From Potamilus streckersoni (lineage: Eukaryota), in assembly GCA_016746295.1 (NCBI GenBank), contig JAEAOA010001935.1, forward strand, positions 420,430 through 484,429: DNA of 64,000 bases, given 5' to 3'. A model generated the notes under the pieces. The model saw nothing but the letters and a program-made list of their open reading frames with translations, did no database searches and had not been told where the DNA came from. The translations under genes and the position numbers were made by a program. Below are positions 40,902-54,290 of the stretch, one piece after another. How positions within the stretch are numbered: the first letter of the stretch is position 1; each line of letters opens with the position of its first letter.

Positions 40902-41699
40902 GTTTGTTTGTCAAATTAAACTTTTATTTATATTCATATTTTTCTTTAAAATAACAAACTGATATAGTTTTGTGTGACATGTTTTATGAATCTTTCATTT
41001 TATAGTCCTTATAAGATCACTAGGATTGTTAATATTTTACAGACTAGTGTTGCATTCCATTGAAAACATTTACATTTACCAATCAAATTAACAATAAAAA
41101 AATCTGCTTTGCTATTTCTTGAATCCAGCTCTCCAGGAAAAATTAAAATTTTGTCTTTACCCACATCTGTATATAATATAAAAGAAACTCTTACCTTGAT
41201 AGGTAGCTATGCATAAATTGGATATTTACTGGTTTAAGCTTTTGCTGCAATTGAATTAATGTCATCTACGATTGCATCTTGTCATCCATGATATCAGTGT
41301 TTTCTACCCATTCATCTAGGAAGTTGGTAAAGTTAATATATTGCCACATTTTGGCATAATTTTTTGTATTTGGGTCAGTAATCATTTGATTTGATCAGTT
41401 TGAGGACTTCTGACATTGTATGACAATATGGTATCACTGATGTTTATTATTAATTATTTGCTTTAATTTTCTTGTTTATTAAGGATTACTTTTCCTAATG
41501 TTTTTGTCACTGTTGTCCTTTTAGTTCAGCAGTGATGACCAAATGTTCATAATGGTTCATCAAGTATGCACATATGTGCCTTGCTTGCAAAAAGTGTTCA
41601 TCTTCATCAGCATAGATAGATATAGTGCCATATATAGAGACAATGGTATAGCCTCATCCATGCCACTAAGGATCACCTAAATGGACATGCAAGTAATGT

Positions 41700-41990
41700 C
41701 AAAGAAGCTTCTAGTTCTTTCATATTCTCCATCCATAATATTACATCCAATCCAGAGGATGTGGAAATTTTGAAGATCTGTTGGTTTGACAACATTATAT
41801 GTTGAAATCTCCATTCATAATATTACATCCAATCCAGAGGATGTGGAAATTTTGAAGATCTGTTGGTTTGACAACATTATATGTTGAAATCTCCATCCAT
41901 AATATTACATCCAATCCATAGGATGTGGAAATTTTGAAGATCTGTTGGTTTGACAACATTATATGTTGAAATCTCCATTTTGTCCTAAGC
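41700..41990. repeat. Roughly 81-bp tandem repeat, about 3.5 copies, in MVP intron 10
   Basis: tccatccataatattacatccaatccagaggatgtggaaattttgaagatctgttggtttgacaacattatatgttgaaatc repeated. Confidence 0.9.
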
Positions 41991-42184
41991 TTGATCAAGT
42001 ACATGCCAGTCATAGATCTTAACAAGTTTAAGGCCATGCTAAGGTTCAAACAGAAATGGCACTACCAGTCAATCTTTGGCATGAAATGGATGAATTTGAT
42101 GTCTGTCTGATATATTTTCATGCTGCTATCCATTCTTGTTTTGATATATGCAGTCAACAGTATTATAAAAATTTCAAGAAAGCA

Positions 42185-42830
42185 TCCCGCTGAATGAGAT
42201 TTTTGACCAGCTGCTCTTGATATGGCTATTAGGGATTATCTAAGTCAGCTGAGTGGTCTCAGTCCTATTTTGGCCTCTTGATTTGGCTATTAGGGATTAT
42301 CTAAGTCAGATGATTGGTCTGTCCTATTTGGGCCTCTTGATCTGGCTATTAGGGATTATCTAAGTCAGATGATTGGTCTGTCCTATTTGGGCCTCTTGAT
42401 TTGGCTATTAGGGAATATCTAAGTCAGATGATTGGTCTGTCCTATTTGGGCCTCTTGATTTGGCTATTAGGGAATATCTAAGTCAGATGATTGGTCTGTC
42501 CTATTTGTGCCTTTTGTTTTGGCTATTAGGGATTATCTAAGTAAGATGAGTGGTCTCAGTCCTATTTGGGCCTATTGTTTTGGCTATTAGGGATTATCTA
42601 AATCTGATTAGTGGTCTCAGTCCTATTTGGGCCTCTTGATATGGCTATTAGGGATTATCTAAGTCTGATGAGTGGTCTCAGTCCTAATTGGGCCTCTTGA
42701 TTTGGCTATTAGGGATTATTTAAGTCAGATGAGTGGTCTCAGTCCTATTTGGGCCTCTTGATTTGGCTATTAGGAATATCTAATTCTGATGAGTGGTCTC
42801 AGTCCTATATGGGCCTCTTGTTAAGTTTTT
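42185..42830. repeat. Roughly 59-bp satellite-like tandem array, about 11 copies, in MVP intron 10 (tagggattatctaagtcagatgattggtctgtcctatttgggcctcttgatttggctat)
   Basis: Direct repeats. Some units carry a 6-bp insertion (gtggtctcagtcc). Confidence 0.9.
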
Positions 42831-42958
42831 TTATTTGTATTTGAAAGGTGTCTGACAATTCTTTACAGTTTATTTACTGGATGTCTTAAAAATAACAAGT
42901 TATAAAAAAAAACTTCAAACGTGATATTAGTGTCACAAATCTTTTACATTTTTTTCAG

Positions 42959-43170
42959 AACTCTGCCAGAATTATCCGTTCCTCAGTGTTTGGGTTTGAT
43001 GAGAAAGAAAAAGTGCGTGACAGATTTGTTTTTCCCCAAAATAACCTCTACATCACCAGCATTGATATCCAGTCTGTGGAACCAGTCGACCAGCGGACAC
43101 GGGATGCCCTGCAGAAATCTGTACAGCTGGCTATTGAGATCACCACCAACTCACAGGAAGCGGCTGCCAG
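42959..43170 (+). CDS. MVP: MVP coding exon 11 ([70 protein letters not shown], split Arg)
   Basis: The acceptor is tttttcag|AAC and the donor is CCAG|gtaacc (phase 2). The exon is near-identical to the conserved MVP cap-helix region ([31 protein letters not shown]). Confidence 0.9.
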
Positions 43171-44424
43171 GTAACCATGGTTACATAGGGCTTTTTGCAT
43201 TCAATTTAGTCTCAGATACTGGAAATATTGTCTAATTTTGGGAACACTTTTTTTTGTTTTATTATTTAAGCAAGCTTATATAGAAAGAAAAGTTATTTCT
43301 TTGGTGAATAATGTTGCAAAATTTTAGTAAACAAATGGTTATGCCAAAATTTCAAGGACAAAAGGTAGCAGCATTTAATGGTTGAAAAGTTAGAAGACAA
43401 AATACAGGACATTCAGTATTTTCCTTAGCATCTAGTTGCATCAAAAGAAGTAATTTGTACGGTCTGACCTAAAAAAAGAAACCTGTTTGAACCAAAATCA
43501 AATCCGGATAAAATTCTTTGGGCCCTGAATTTTATCTTGTTCATTATCATAATTATTTCCCAGCAAACTGAAACTCCTCTATCCTGAAAATTGAAATTTT
43601 TGATCCCAAATTCCAGTTACAGACTTATTCCCTGCCCAAAAAACAGTTTAAAAACTGACCTTAAAACTTTGAAAGGCATTTTAGCTGTTAAATTTTCACA
43701 CATAATTATGTAGCAAATACTCTTATTGGTGAGGGCACAAGAATACAACTTGACATGCACACACAGATTCCAGCTGACTATATTCTGATATGCCAATCTA
43801 AAGTCTTTGCACAGTATAAGATTCTGGTTTTAACGTAAATTATTAATAAGTAAATGCTTGTAGATAAACCATTTTAGAAAGATAATCGATCTAATTGTGC
43901 ATAATGAGGGATAAAATTAGTCTGATCAGAGGTATGAATCTGTGCTAAAATTGGTGTTGAATAAACTGGAAGAATATGGCATGGGAATATAATGAATTTT
44001 ATGGAGTACCCAGACATTATGGATTGTCATTCAGAATTCTAATTGATTTTTAGTTATGCAAATGTATTATTTCCTAATATGAGAATTGCATTTCTGCATG
44101 GAACAGTTGTATTTATTCATGTGACCAAATGTGATCTTTGGAAAAAATGTGTATTATTCAGTTAAAAATTCATTAAATGTTATAAATACAAATCTTTCCT
44201 AATTTGTGCACACTTACATGTGCACATAGTGTTTTCTCATACTTGCATTCCCTCTTTCAACCTCTCTTTACATAAGCTTTCATTTCCTTTTCATTTTGTT
44301 GCTTATTGCAGTACAGGTCTTTTTAGCACAAACAAACCCTGTCAATTTTGATAGATTGCCATGGAACTTGTTCCATATTATGGTCATCACATTAGGTTGC
44401 GTAGATTGACAAATCCAGATCAAT

Positions 44425-44735
44425 CCGGTGGCCTAGTGGTTAGAACATCCACCTTGGATGCAGGAGGTTGTGGGTTCAATCCCCAGCTGAGTCATACCAA
44501 AGACTTGTAAAAATGATACTAACAGCAGCCTCACTTGGTGCTTGGCATTAAGAGTTTAGGTTAGGACTGGTTGGCCTGGTGTCAGGATAATGTGACTCGG
44601 TTTGACATCATGCTACATGTCTGCGGCATGATACCTCAGTGCTAGACGTCGCTATAAACTACCAAACTGCAGACATCCAGAGTGTATGACTGAAAAATTG
44701 TTAAAGCTACATTAAAAATCTAAATCATACACACC
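44425..44735 (+). mobile_element. SINE family B copy, full length
   Basis: It is collinear with 21172 to 21500 at about 85% identity. Confidence 0.7.
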
Positions 44736-45598
44736 CTTTCTCTTCCACAATTATGTCATCAGTCTCATGTTTTTCTAACTAAATGCAATGTGTGACACAA
44801 TCTCATTAATGCAGTTAGTCCATAATTTGTCTTGACATTTTTTTCTTTCACAGAATGCTGCAAAACTTTGTTCCTGTTATAAGCATGATCTAAAGATGAA
44901 CATACCAACAAATCTTTTTCTCTTAGGACTTTTGTAAAAGTTAATACCCTTGTTGATTTATAGAATGGATGCAGGGAGCAAAAGAATTGTGTGAATGCAA
45001 TTACTTTTAGAGTTGGTAGCAGATCCCTGTAAAACTTGAGATATAATATTCTGTCATCACAGAAGATATGCACATTGATAAACCATGTATCTGGCATATT
45101 TTTAGACATGTTATGTGCTTTTCCTTTATTATACATCTCCATTATTGGGTAGGGTTGAGGAAAGGTGAAGGAATATTTATGGGAGCATGTAAAACATTTT
45201 ATAATTTTTTGAACTCTGCTGATTTTGTAGATGTTGATTGATTACTTCATACTTAGTTTGGTCATCGTCTGAAGATGTATATAATGTCCAGTCATTGTTT
45301 TCATGACTTTTGTAAACATTATTGGTCTTTTAAACTTTCAGCTTGAGATCACATGACTTGCATTTGTTTTGAATTGTGATTGTACTGGTAGAGGTAGAGA
45401 TGGGATGTGGGAGAAGCAAAGTTATATGTATAAAATCCATATTTATTTTGTCTACAAGGTCATTTTGGTTCTATGACTATATTTTCTGTTTTCTGGTGGG
45501 GTGTATGTTTGTAAATGTCAGATTTACTGAGAAAACTTTTGATCACACACTTGTCTAGCTAAATTAAAATTATTCAAGCTTTTTTTTTTCTTTCTCAG

Positions 45599-46172
45599 AC
45601 ATGAGGCTGAAAGGCTGGAACAGGAGGCTAAAGGCCGATTGGAGCGACAGAAGATTAGTGATGAGGCTGAAGCAGAGAAAGCTCGTAGAGATCTGCTAGA
45701 GCTGCAGTCACTCAGTGCTGCTGTGGAAAGCACGGGTCAAGCAAAGGCAGAAGCACAATCTCGAGCAGAGTCAGCGAGGATTGAGGGTGAGGCAGCTGTC
45801 GAGCAAGCTAAGCTTAAGGCACAGGCAATGAAAATCGAAGCAGAGTCTGAACTGGATAGGTTACAGAGGGCAAGAGAGGCAGAACTGAAATATATCAAAG
45901 AGCAGAATGAGCTTGAAATGAACAAAAGCCGAGAAATGGCACAAATTGAGACCGATAAGTTCAAGAATATGGTTGATGCAATTGGAGCAAGCACATTGCA
46001 GGCCATGGCATGTGCCGGACCAGAGATGCAGGTGAAGATGTTGCAGGCACTTGGTCTGAAATCCACACTCATCACAGATGGCAATACTCCAATCAATCTC
46101 TTTAGCACAGCCTCTGGACTTATTGGGGGATTGATGCCAATTAAGCGTCCTCGTACTGATGAAGACGAGTAA
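45599..46172 (+). CDS. MVP: MVP terminal coding exon ((R)[35 protein letters not shown]...[51 protein letters not shown], stop TAA at 46170 to 46172)
   Basis: The acceptor is tttctcag|A, completing the AGA codon. The exon encodes the coiled-coil cap-helix and C-terminal region, collinear with vertebrate MVP ([30 protein letters not shown]). The summed CDS is 2565 nt, or 855 codons. Confidence 0.9.
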
Positions 46173-46325
46173 ATTTCTGCAGCTGGACTTGCAATATATA
46201 CTGTTATATGAAACTTTGCATGTACAATTAACTTTTCAGCTTGAATGGTTGTAGAAAAAAATATTCTTAGAATATATTTGGACCAAATGAATGAGTTTGG
46301 AGAGCTACTTTTACCAGTAGCAAGA

Positions 46326-46366
46326 AATAAAGACGTTAATTTTGGATAAAAGTCATGCTAAATAAA
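46326..46366 (+). promoter_or_regulatory. MVP: Candidate polyadenylation signals (AATAAA at 46326 to 46331 and 46361 to 46366) in the MVP 3' UTR
   Basis: These are the canonical hexamers, 150 to 200 nt downstream of the stop codon. There is no transcript evidence. Confidence 0.3.
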
Positions 46367-47483
46367 GACTATGTAAACTAGCTCACCATTTGAATTTTAC
46401 ACAATTGCTAGCAATACTATTTTGATTTTTTTGGTTTAGCTCTGCTGGTCAAATCCCCTGAAAAGGTTTTGCATTTCTCCTCAGTCTGTTAGAAAATCTT
46501 AATTGGATTACAAGTTGATGGACTCCGATTATTATTAGTGCTTTGTTCAAGGAGGGTTGCTAAGCATTTATATTGTACCGTACACAATGTCCATAAGTCT
46601 GTTCATCTGAGTTGCAAAAGAGGTAAACTTGTAATGAGAAATGCTCCAGCAAGGTTGTATCAGTTATGGAGGGCAATTATTTCAAACCACATTAATTGGT
46701 CCTCATTTGCTGAGGAACTAAAATTATGTGAAATCGTTTAAGAGCAATAAAACAATTTCATGGCATTTGACTATATCCACATTATAACAGACAGTGGTAT
46801 ACTGAGTGGCATTATAGTGAGGGACCAGTTTTGATTACAGAAAAAAAGAATTTGCATAATCTAGGTAACTCAGTTATACTGCTCATAATTTTTTATATCT
46901 AGGATTCTAATAGACTATAGTGAATAAATCGCATTTCATGATGGTCGACATTACATTGTTGTTGTTGTAGCTTTTTCATCCTCCACAATAGCATCACATT
47001 CCCATCAAAAGTTTCTCCCATAAGTTTCAACATTTGAAGTTTGAATGACAGATTTTTGTATCCTTTTGTTAATGACAGAATTTTGTATAGTTTTGTTAAT
47101 TTACAATATTGTTATAAACTGCTTTTTTGTACAGTCGTTTTCTTTTCTGCTGCTCTTCTAAACTTTATATAGAGCTTTTGTGTTTATTATGTGGCACATT
47201 TTTTTTTATTCACCTACCATACCTTTGCCAGGTGTATCTGTGTTGCATGCACATACTGTAACATATTTAAAAGTATACTTTACTTGTGAAAGATTGCCTT
47301 TTGTTACTTTCCATGTTGAAGTAGAGTGCAATTTACTGTCGAGTTATTTGTGTTAGTAATTAAAGATATACTGACTCATATCACTTTTGTTGTTTATGAA
47401 TCATGAACTGTCAATTCCTCTATTACAGGGGTGGGCAAAGTAGAGCGTGCAGATAGGATTCAGCCAGTGACCTATCTGTGAAG

Positions 47484-47600
47484 TTAATCATAGTGTGTGC
47501 TTTAAAAAATAACTTGTCTGGCCCTCATCTTGGCAGTGCTTTAAAAATAACTTGTCTGGCCCTCATCTTGCCAGTGCTTAAAAAATAACTTGTCTGGCCC
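47484..47600. repeat. 37-bp tandem repeat, 3 copies (aaaaataacttgtctggccctcatcttgccagtgctt)
   Basis: Direct repeats. Confidence 0.85.
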
Positions 47601-49977
47601 TCATCTTGCCAGTGCAGTGGTGATTCCAAGTTGAATCAAACTCCTGAATGGGGGTGGGTGTTAATATTAATATGGTGGTTTTAATGACAGACTAATTGCT
47701 ACTAAGGATAACTGATGTCGAATATTGATAACCATGGCAGTTAACTTGAAAGTTTATAACTTCTCATCCAAAATGTAAAGTCATTCAGACATGGGGTTTC
47801 CACCATAAGACTTCTTATATCTAGCTGGTCATAAATGATAATGGTACCATCAGGACATCCAATACAGCAACCAGTTGGCATCCTAAAAGCCATGTTATAG
47901 CTTCTCCACCTGAATTGACAGTCATATCATGAATGGGGTTTCACTAAAAGACGTGAAATTATTTTGGCCCTAAATGAAGATGGTGCTGATGACATCCAAT
48001 ATGACCACCATAGCAGCCATTTTGAAAATCTTGTTATTGCTTCAGGTACTTCTCCTGAAAAGAAAAAGTCGAACCAGCATGATGTTTTCATAAGAAGTGT
48101 CAGTTCCTTCAAGTTACTCATTTTAGTAATGGTGCCAAATCTGAAGGCTGATTAGGAAGCTTTGTTGCAACCTGATAGGTCTTCAAGCCAAGCTCTATTT
48201 CAAGATTGGTTGAAAATGGTCTGGTATTTTTTGAGAACTTGACAACTGACTGACAATACAATTTGAGCATTCATGAACCTCACATAAACTCAGTTTAAAA
48301 AAATGCAAACACTTTATTTTATATGTAAATACTGTAATTCACTACAAAAGTACACACAAAAGTCAATAATCTTTGTGTGTGTGTGTACAGTGGTCCCCCT
48401 TTTACACAGCCACTCCTTCTGCACTGGGAAAGTGGCCTTATATGATGGGTGACCATTCCTGAGAGGAGACTAAATTTTTTGTGAGAAGTGTATGCAATGT
48501 ACGTATTAAGAACGCTGCATTCTTCAAAGCATTTAATATCTTCATTTAATGTCTTTGTTTAAAAGTAACATTAATTATAAAAAGGTTCTTCTTGGTATAA
48601 TAAGACATTTCAACTGAATATGCATCAATAATTTTTATTCTTGGCGTATGCGTGATTTCTTAATTTGGTGTATGCATGATATGTGAGTAGGTGATGTTGT
48701 CATGCACATTGCAAAACTATTCAAAAACGTCATTTACATCTTGAAACGTACATAATTCTCTTTCCATCTGCTCCATTTTCCCACTGCTGCTGAATAACCT
48801 CCTTATCGGTTATGATGTTTATCAAGTCTTTTTAACATAAAATTGTTTTATTAGTTTTTTTCACCTAAAATTGTTCAACAAGTCCCCTCTCCCCCGATGT
48901 TGTAGAGAAGAAAAATCAACTTTTTTCAAAAATAATCGTCTTGATTTACGTGATGACGTGTTAATGTTTGGTGATGTTGCTAACTGTATGCAATTTAATT
49001 ATGCAGACAAAACAGGTGACTTTTCGGTCTTTGTCTGTAACCCTGTTCTGTTCAAGGTTAATTTGTGTGTGCCTGCACAAAATCTACTTTTAGCCTTCCC
49101 TGTTATGACATTGACAGTTACATCCAGTTATAATCATCCATGTTGCCAACTACAAGACTGATAAAACAATATGCATTTAAACAAAATGCCTTGGGTTTCT
49201 AAAGGCAGTGATCTTGTCATGTAATTCAGAATCATTAGTCACAGTCTGGTACCCTATTGATTTTACATTTCTTTACACTAAGCGAGAGAAACCAAGAGAG
49301 AAACCAAAACGGCTTCAATATGTACACAGATTTGACCTGAACAATAGCACCTTGCGGCCATTAGGATTTCTAATCTTGACAATTATTGTCAGTAGTAATA
49401 GCCACTAATTATGAAAGTGAACAATCTTAACATCTTACTGAGAGAAGCCATAAAGGCTATCAAACCATTTTCCCGCTGACTTGTGTATTGTACATCAATA
49501 ACTCCACTTCTCAGCTGTTACTACTATTCAATAATTGTAATGTTAACAATTATCCGAGTGACTAAACCGGATATGACAACACAGCAGTAAGGCTACTCGG
49601 ATTATGTGTACTTACCTTTTTGTATGGATTAAAATTTGAGTCTTTCTCTGCTTTATCAACTAAAAGTGCCTTTTTGTGAAGCATAAATGATATATTAACC
49701 TTAATGGTACTCATACTTTAGTCAACACTTCTTTCAGTAACAAAAACCTGACATTAGGAAATGATGGATTACTTAATACACGTTATGAATAAAATACTGG
49801 TTCTGGATACATATTACAAAATAAAATGAGGCAGCTTGTGAGGGGATAAATTTGATATTTTTGCACTATTATGCTGGTCGCTGTTGCGTTAGTTGGAGTG
49901 GCCTTTTCGTGAGGGAACGGATTATGGCCAAGAAGCAGGTGGCCACTAGTCAGGGAAGGCCATTCAAGAGAGGAATC

Positions 49978-49980
<3 letters not shown>

Positions 49981-50043
<63 letters not shown>
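49981..50043. repeat. (TA)n microsatellite, about 31 units
   Basis: Uninterrupted. Confidence 0.95.
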
Positions 50044-50048
<5 letters not shown>

Positions 50049-50292
50049 ATGAATTCCTTTCCCCATTTAGACCATATTTTTTTCTAAATGCTTTTGATGT
50101 TTACATTTGGTCTGAAGTCACCTATTTGATGATTTTATTTACATTCTCAGCATGGTGTTTTAATAAATCATTTTTGAAAGTCAAATAAGTGTTATGCACA
50201 AGGGTGGTTTATATAATAAATGGTTATGTACAAAATAATGTAAATCTGGATGTCATTTAAAATTATATAACTGAGATATGTCATTAAAGAAT

Positions 50293-50296
<4 letters not shown>

Positions 50297-50345
<49 letters not shown>
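50297..50345. repeat. (TA)n microsatellite, about 24 units, immediately 3' of the EXO5 stop codon on the minus strand
   Basis: It lies within 10 nt of the stop, that is, in the EXO5 3' UTR. Confidence 0.9.
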
Positions 50346-50346
<1 letters not shown>

Positions 50347-50353
50347 TATTTTA

Positions 50354-51108
50354 CTATGACATGTTATTAGCAGTTTTGTTTTTTCTCATGCACTCCTCTG
50401 CCTTTATTTGCCTCCATTCACAGACAGAGCTGAAGTCACATCTTTGGCATTTCCAGGCTTCCTCAATGTCCACTCCTTCTGGGGGCCTATTGCCCCTCCA
50501 GAACCCCATGTAGTGGTGAATCTGACTCTCAAGAAGATTCTCATCATAGACTACTGAATGATGAAACATAGTTTCCTGGGATTCCTGATGCACATATTCT
50601 ATACTTAGTCCACTTACACATGTCAAACACTGCAGTCTCTCAAACAGGTGATCGGTAAGTTCTCTGAGTGTCTTGCATGACAACAGTTTATCCCCCATGT
50701 TGTTTCTTACACCCTCTCCAAGCTCTTTGTCCAAACTGATATGTAAATGTTTCACCATCACCTCTTTACTAACCTTCCCTTGAACCAGATTGTCAAATAG
50801 CTTTTTATATAACATAACTTGTAGATTATGCTGTGTTTGCTGTGCCTTTGATGGAAAACTTCTAGCCTGGCGGGTTTTTAATTCCACTAATTCAATGGTG
50901 TAATTGTCGGGATCGAACCTCAGTTCATCAACAAGTCCAACCAAAAAAGTGTCATTGTCATACAGTGTTCCAAATACAGGGATTTCTCTTGCTATTTTAA
51001 TCCCATCCAAGAATCCCTGCACAGCTGTCAAAAGATTCAGAAGCTTGACAGCCCAGATGTCTTCACTGGACATGACCTCAACAGACACAATATCATGAAC
51101 TGCCAACT
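50354..51108 (-). CDS. EXO5: Exonuclease V (EXO5/DEM1 family) terminal coding exon ((E)LAVHDIVSVEVMSSEDIWAVKLLN...ELKTRQARSFPSKAQQTQHNLQVMLYKKLFDNLVQGKV...IEYVHQESQETM...HYMGFWRGNRPPEGVDIEEAWKCQRCDFSSVCEWRQIKAEE...)
   Basis: The 260-aa ORF is collinear with human EXO5 (ELKTRR...[60 protein letters not shown]). The acceptor is ttttgcag|AG on the minus strand. The C-terminal Cys triad of the Fe-S cluster is present. Confidence 0.85.
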
Positions 51109-51180
51109 CTGCAAAAGAAACAAAACTATTTATCACAAATTAAACATACAGAATAATTTTTGAAAAAGATAATGAAATGT

Positions 51181-51430
51181 TGTTGTTGTTGTTGTGGGGT
51201 TTAACGCCATTTTTCAGCACAGGAAAGGCTATACATGGCGGCCAGTATTAATGGTGGAGGAAGAAACCGGGAAATCACCGGAAAGAACCACCGACCCACG
51301 AGAAGCTACTGGCAAGCTCTCTCACATATCCACATTCGCCGAATCTTAGACTCGAACCCACGCAGATAGAGGTGAGATGGCAGTGATCCGTAACGGACAG
51401 CGCTTTAGACCACTCGGCCACTCGGGGCCC
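51181..51430 (-). mobile_element. SINE family A copy (minus orientation) in the EXO5 intron
   Basis: It is the reverse complement of the family A consensus, running from the (GTT)n tail to the GGGGCCCC head. Confidence 0.75.
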
Positions 51431-52855
51431 CTGATAATGAAATGAGAAAATTATACAATAAAAGGGGAAAAAACCTAGTATATAGGAGTCAATCAGAGGA
51501 AATCTTTTGAAAATGTGTGTATAATCAACCTGGAAATCATGAACTGCTTTGAAACTTTTAATTAATACGTTTTTGTAGAGTACCAGTTTGTTTGCATTCT
51601 GTGGTTAGTTAACTCTACAAAGTTAAACAAAATGAACAATGATCAATCTCTCTGTGAAAATAATAAAAACTCTTCTCCATTCTATGCACTTATAAAAATT
51701 GCAGGCAACAAAAAGTAAATGAATTCACTGTACATGTAATTTAAACATTTAAAAATTCTTTCTTATTCCCCAAGTTTCAATTTCATTATTTTCATATTGG
51801 ATATTTTATGACATAAATATATAGAATTCAGTACAATATCATGAAAATTTTAGTTTCTGGTAAATTTTTCTTTAAGCCCTGAAATCACAAAACTTGAGGA
51901 TTAAATCAATCAAAAGAATTCACAGAAATACATTTTGGGATCAAGATTATGAATCAGTGGAATGTCATGATCATTAGGTCACTTGTATTTTATGAAACTT
52001 GCAGGGTACACTGTGATTATTTTTAACATTCCTTTGTTTATTATAAAATTTGTATATTACAGTCAGAGCAAAACAAAGATGATTCATACACAGTGAGTAA
52101 CTCTTTTCCAAGCTTCAGGACTTCACAAATCATATAAAATATAAAGTTCAATTCTTATAATTACTAACAGTTATTCGAAAATAACCAATCTCAAGCAATA
52201 AAAAACATAATTATAATAAAACCATTGGCTATCCAAGAATACATTAAGTAGTTTCTCTTAGTGTTATAAACCAATAACTTCTAGCATATCCTTGAGCAAG
52301 ACACAAGATCAAAATTCTTGTGAATTTTTTTGCCCTAATGCCAAGAACCTCATTTCAGAACTGTCACGCACTGAAAACTCGCACCACATTTGAAATATCA
52401 CCGAACACGTCAAGTGTTGATGTACTATGCTTTCTACTCAAGATAAACTTTTCTTACTAGTGTTAACACACTTGGTAACATCCAATAACATGTCCTTGGC
52501 ATTTAGGTGAACATTCTAACAGTTCTACGACAGTTGAGTTTTCTGACTCCCATAATGTGATTTTAACCAATCAAGATGCTTGTTAAAAAAATGAAATAAA
52601 GTGTCTAATAATGATGCAGTGGAACATGTCCAATCCAAATTCAATTAGCTTGAATATACTCTTGTAACTGGAATAGAGTAGATGAGACCATTTTTATTCA
52701 TAATAGGCATATTTTATTCAAGTCTAACATGAATAACGAGAATTCAAGATTAAAATTGAACATTTTCACCTTATTTCATTATCTGAATTCAATTTCCAAC
52801 ATAAATCTACTGTTAATGACCTCTGGCTAAGTGATACAGATCTACCGGTAATGAC

Positions 52856-53152
52856 CTCTGGCCAAGTGCAGGCTAGATCCTTGTAGCATGACTGGATTCT
52901 CCTCAACAATTCCTGGAATTGTGAAGGTGTAGTATAGCTGCTGCTCACACCAGTTCTGACGGATTAGGTCTGATACCCACAAATATCCTGGCCGGAACTT
53001 TTCCACAGGCGGTCTCTGATCTGTTGCCACATTTAAACCCCTGTCTTTCAATTCAACTGGTGGACCAGTTGTATTGTTTTCATTTGTATTCTCTAAATAT
53101 TGATTGTTAGTCTCTTTTTCTTCTCCATAACTTCTTTGCTGGTCTACAACAT
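52856..53152 (-). CDS. EXO5: EXO5 middle coding exon (..VVDQQRSYGEEKETNNQYLENTNENNTTGPPVELKDRGLNVATDQRPPVEKFRPGYLWVSDLIRQNWCEQQLYYTFTIPGIVEENPVMLQGSSLHLAR + split Glu)
   Basis: The exon matches human [22 protein letters not shown]...ASIHLAREL. An in-frame TGA lies immediately upstream of the acceptor cttttcag|AT. The donor is AGAG|gtcatt. The junction with the last exon reconstitutes LHLAR-E-LAVHD exactly as in human. The exon is 297 nt with phase 1 at both ends. Confidence 0.75.
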
Positions 53153-54190
53153 CTGAAAAGTTTCAATAAATAGTTTATATACATGCTGCAATAATGGTCT
53201 ACTAAAATAGTAAAGTTAATTTTTATTAATTTGACAATATCTGATGTTGTATCATGGGTTTTTTTCACTCAGCTTTTTATCTTTTGAATTACATTTACAA
53301 CAGAATGTTTTGTGATTTTTTTAGTTATAAATATTTAAATTTTAAATGTCATTTTTTAGGCAAAGACAAGGACAGCTGACTTCACGAGCAACTGACACAA
53401 TCTGCCATGATTCCAATAGCTAAGCACATGTACACCTATTGCTGATAGGTACACATAATTTTCTCCATTTGTCTTGCATTGTCTCATGAAGTAGAAACCA
53501 CATCCTCAAATTGGAGAACATTCTGTGAAGTCAAAATACTTCCCCATTTAATGTCTTCACATTTAACTTAACAACATTACAACTAAATGCTCACCTTTGC
53601 TAAGCCATGGATACCTACAAAATACCTGTACAAAAAAATCACGCTTTAACTTGTAAGATAAATCTCCATATTTCATAGTACAAATATGATTTATATCCTT
53701 TGCATAAGGTCAGAGGTCCTTTGAAATAAACATACATTATGCTAAGCAAGGAGTTTGTCTAATTCAGCAGAAAAATTATTTACAAAATGCAAGAATCTTG
53801 TCTCGATGTGCAAGATACAGCAGATTTTTGAAACATAATAAAATATCTGCATTACTGTGCAGGTAATTATAGAAATTTCTTCCAAATGGAATCTTTTTAC
53901 TCCAAATGACCTCTAACCTATGCAGGTTTACCAGCAGAGAATGCAACATTGTTTATGATGGCATGTGAAGTTGTCAATTTGTTTGGGTAAGCCATACAAC
54001 CAAAACAAACTAAATGGAACTGGAACAAATCAAAATACATGTATACAAAAGTACAAGCCAAGAAAAACAGTGAGCACCACAACATATGCCCACCCTATGT
54101 TCAACACTCCACTATGAAGGCACAAGTAGGGTGTGTTTGACTCTGTAAACAACCAGCAAATGAGTCTCATTGCAGGTCTTGAATTAAAGT

Positions 54191-54290
54191 TTTTGTTATA
54201 GGATTTAATGCCATTTTTCAACACAAGGTAGTCTATATATAGTGGCCAGTATAAATGGTGGAGGAAGAATCCAGGAAAACCCTGGAAATG
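54191..54290 (-). mobile_element. SINE family A 3' fragment (minus)
   Basis: It matches the family A tail region (taatgccatttttcaacacaaggtagtctatatatagtggccagtataaatggtggaggaagaa). Confidence 0.5.

Noticed and set aside
48871-49161. 96-aa plus-strand ORF between the convergent MVP and EXO5 3' ends
   Set aside because: No similarity, no splice-site support. It lies in the region expected to be 3' UTR or intergenic for both genes.
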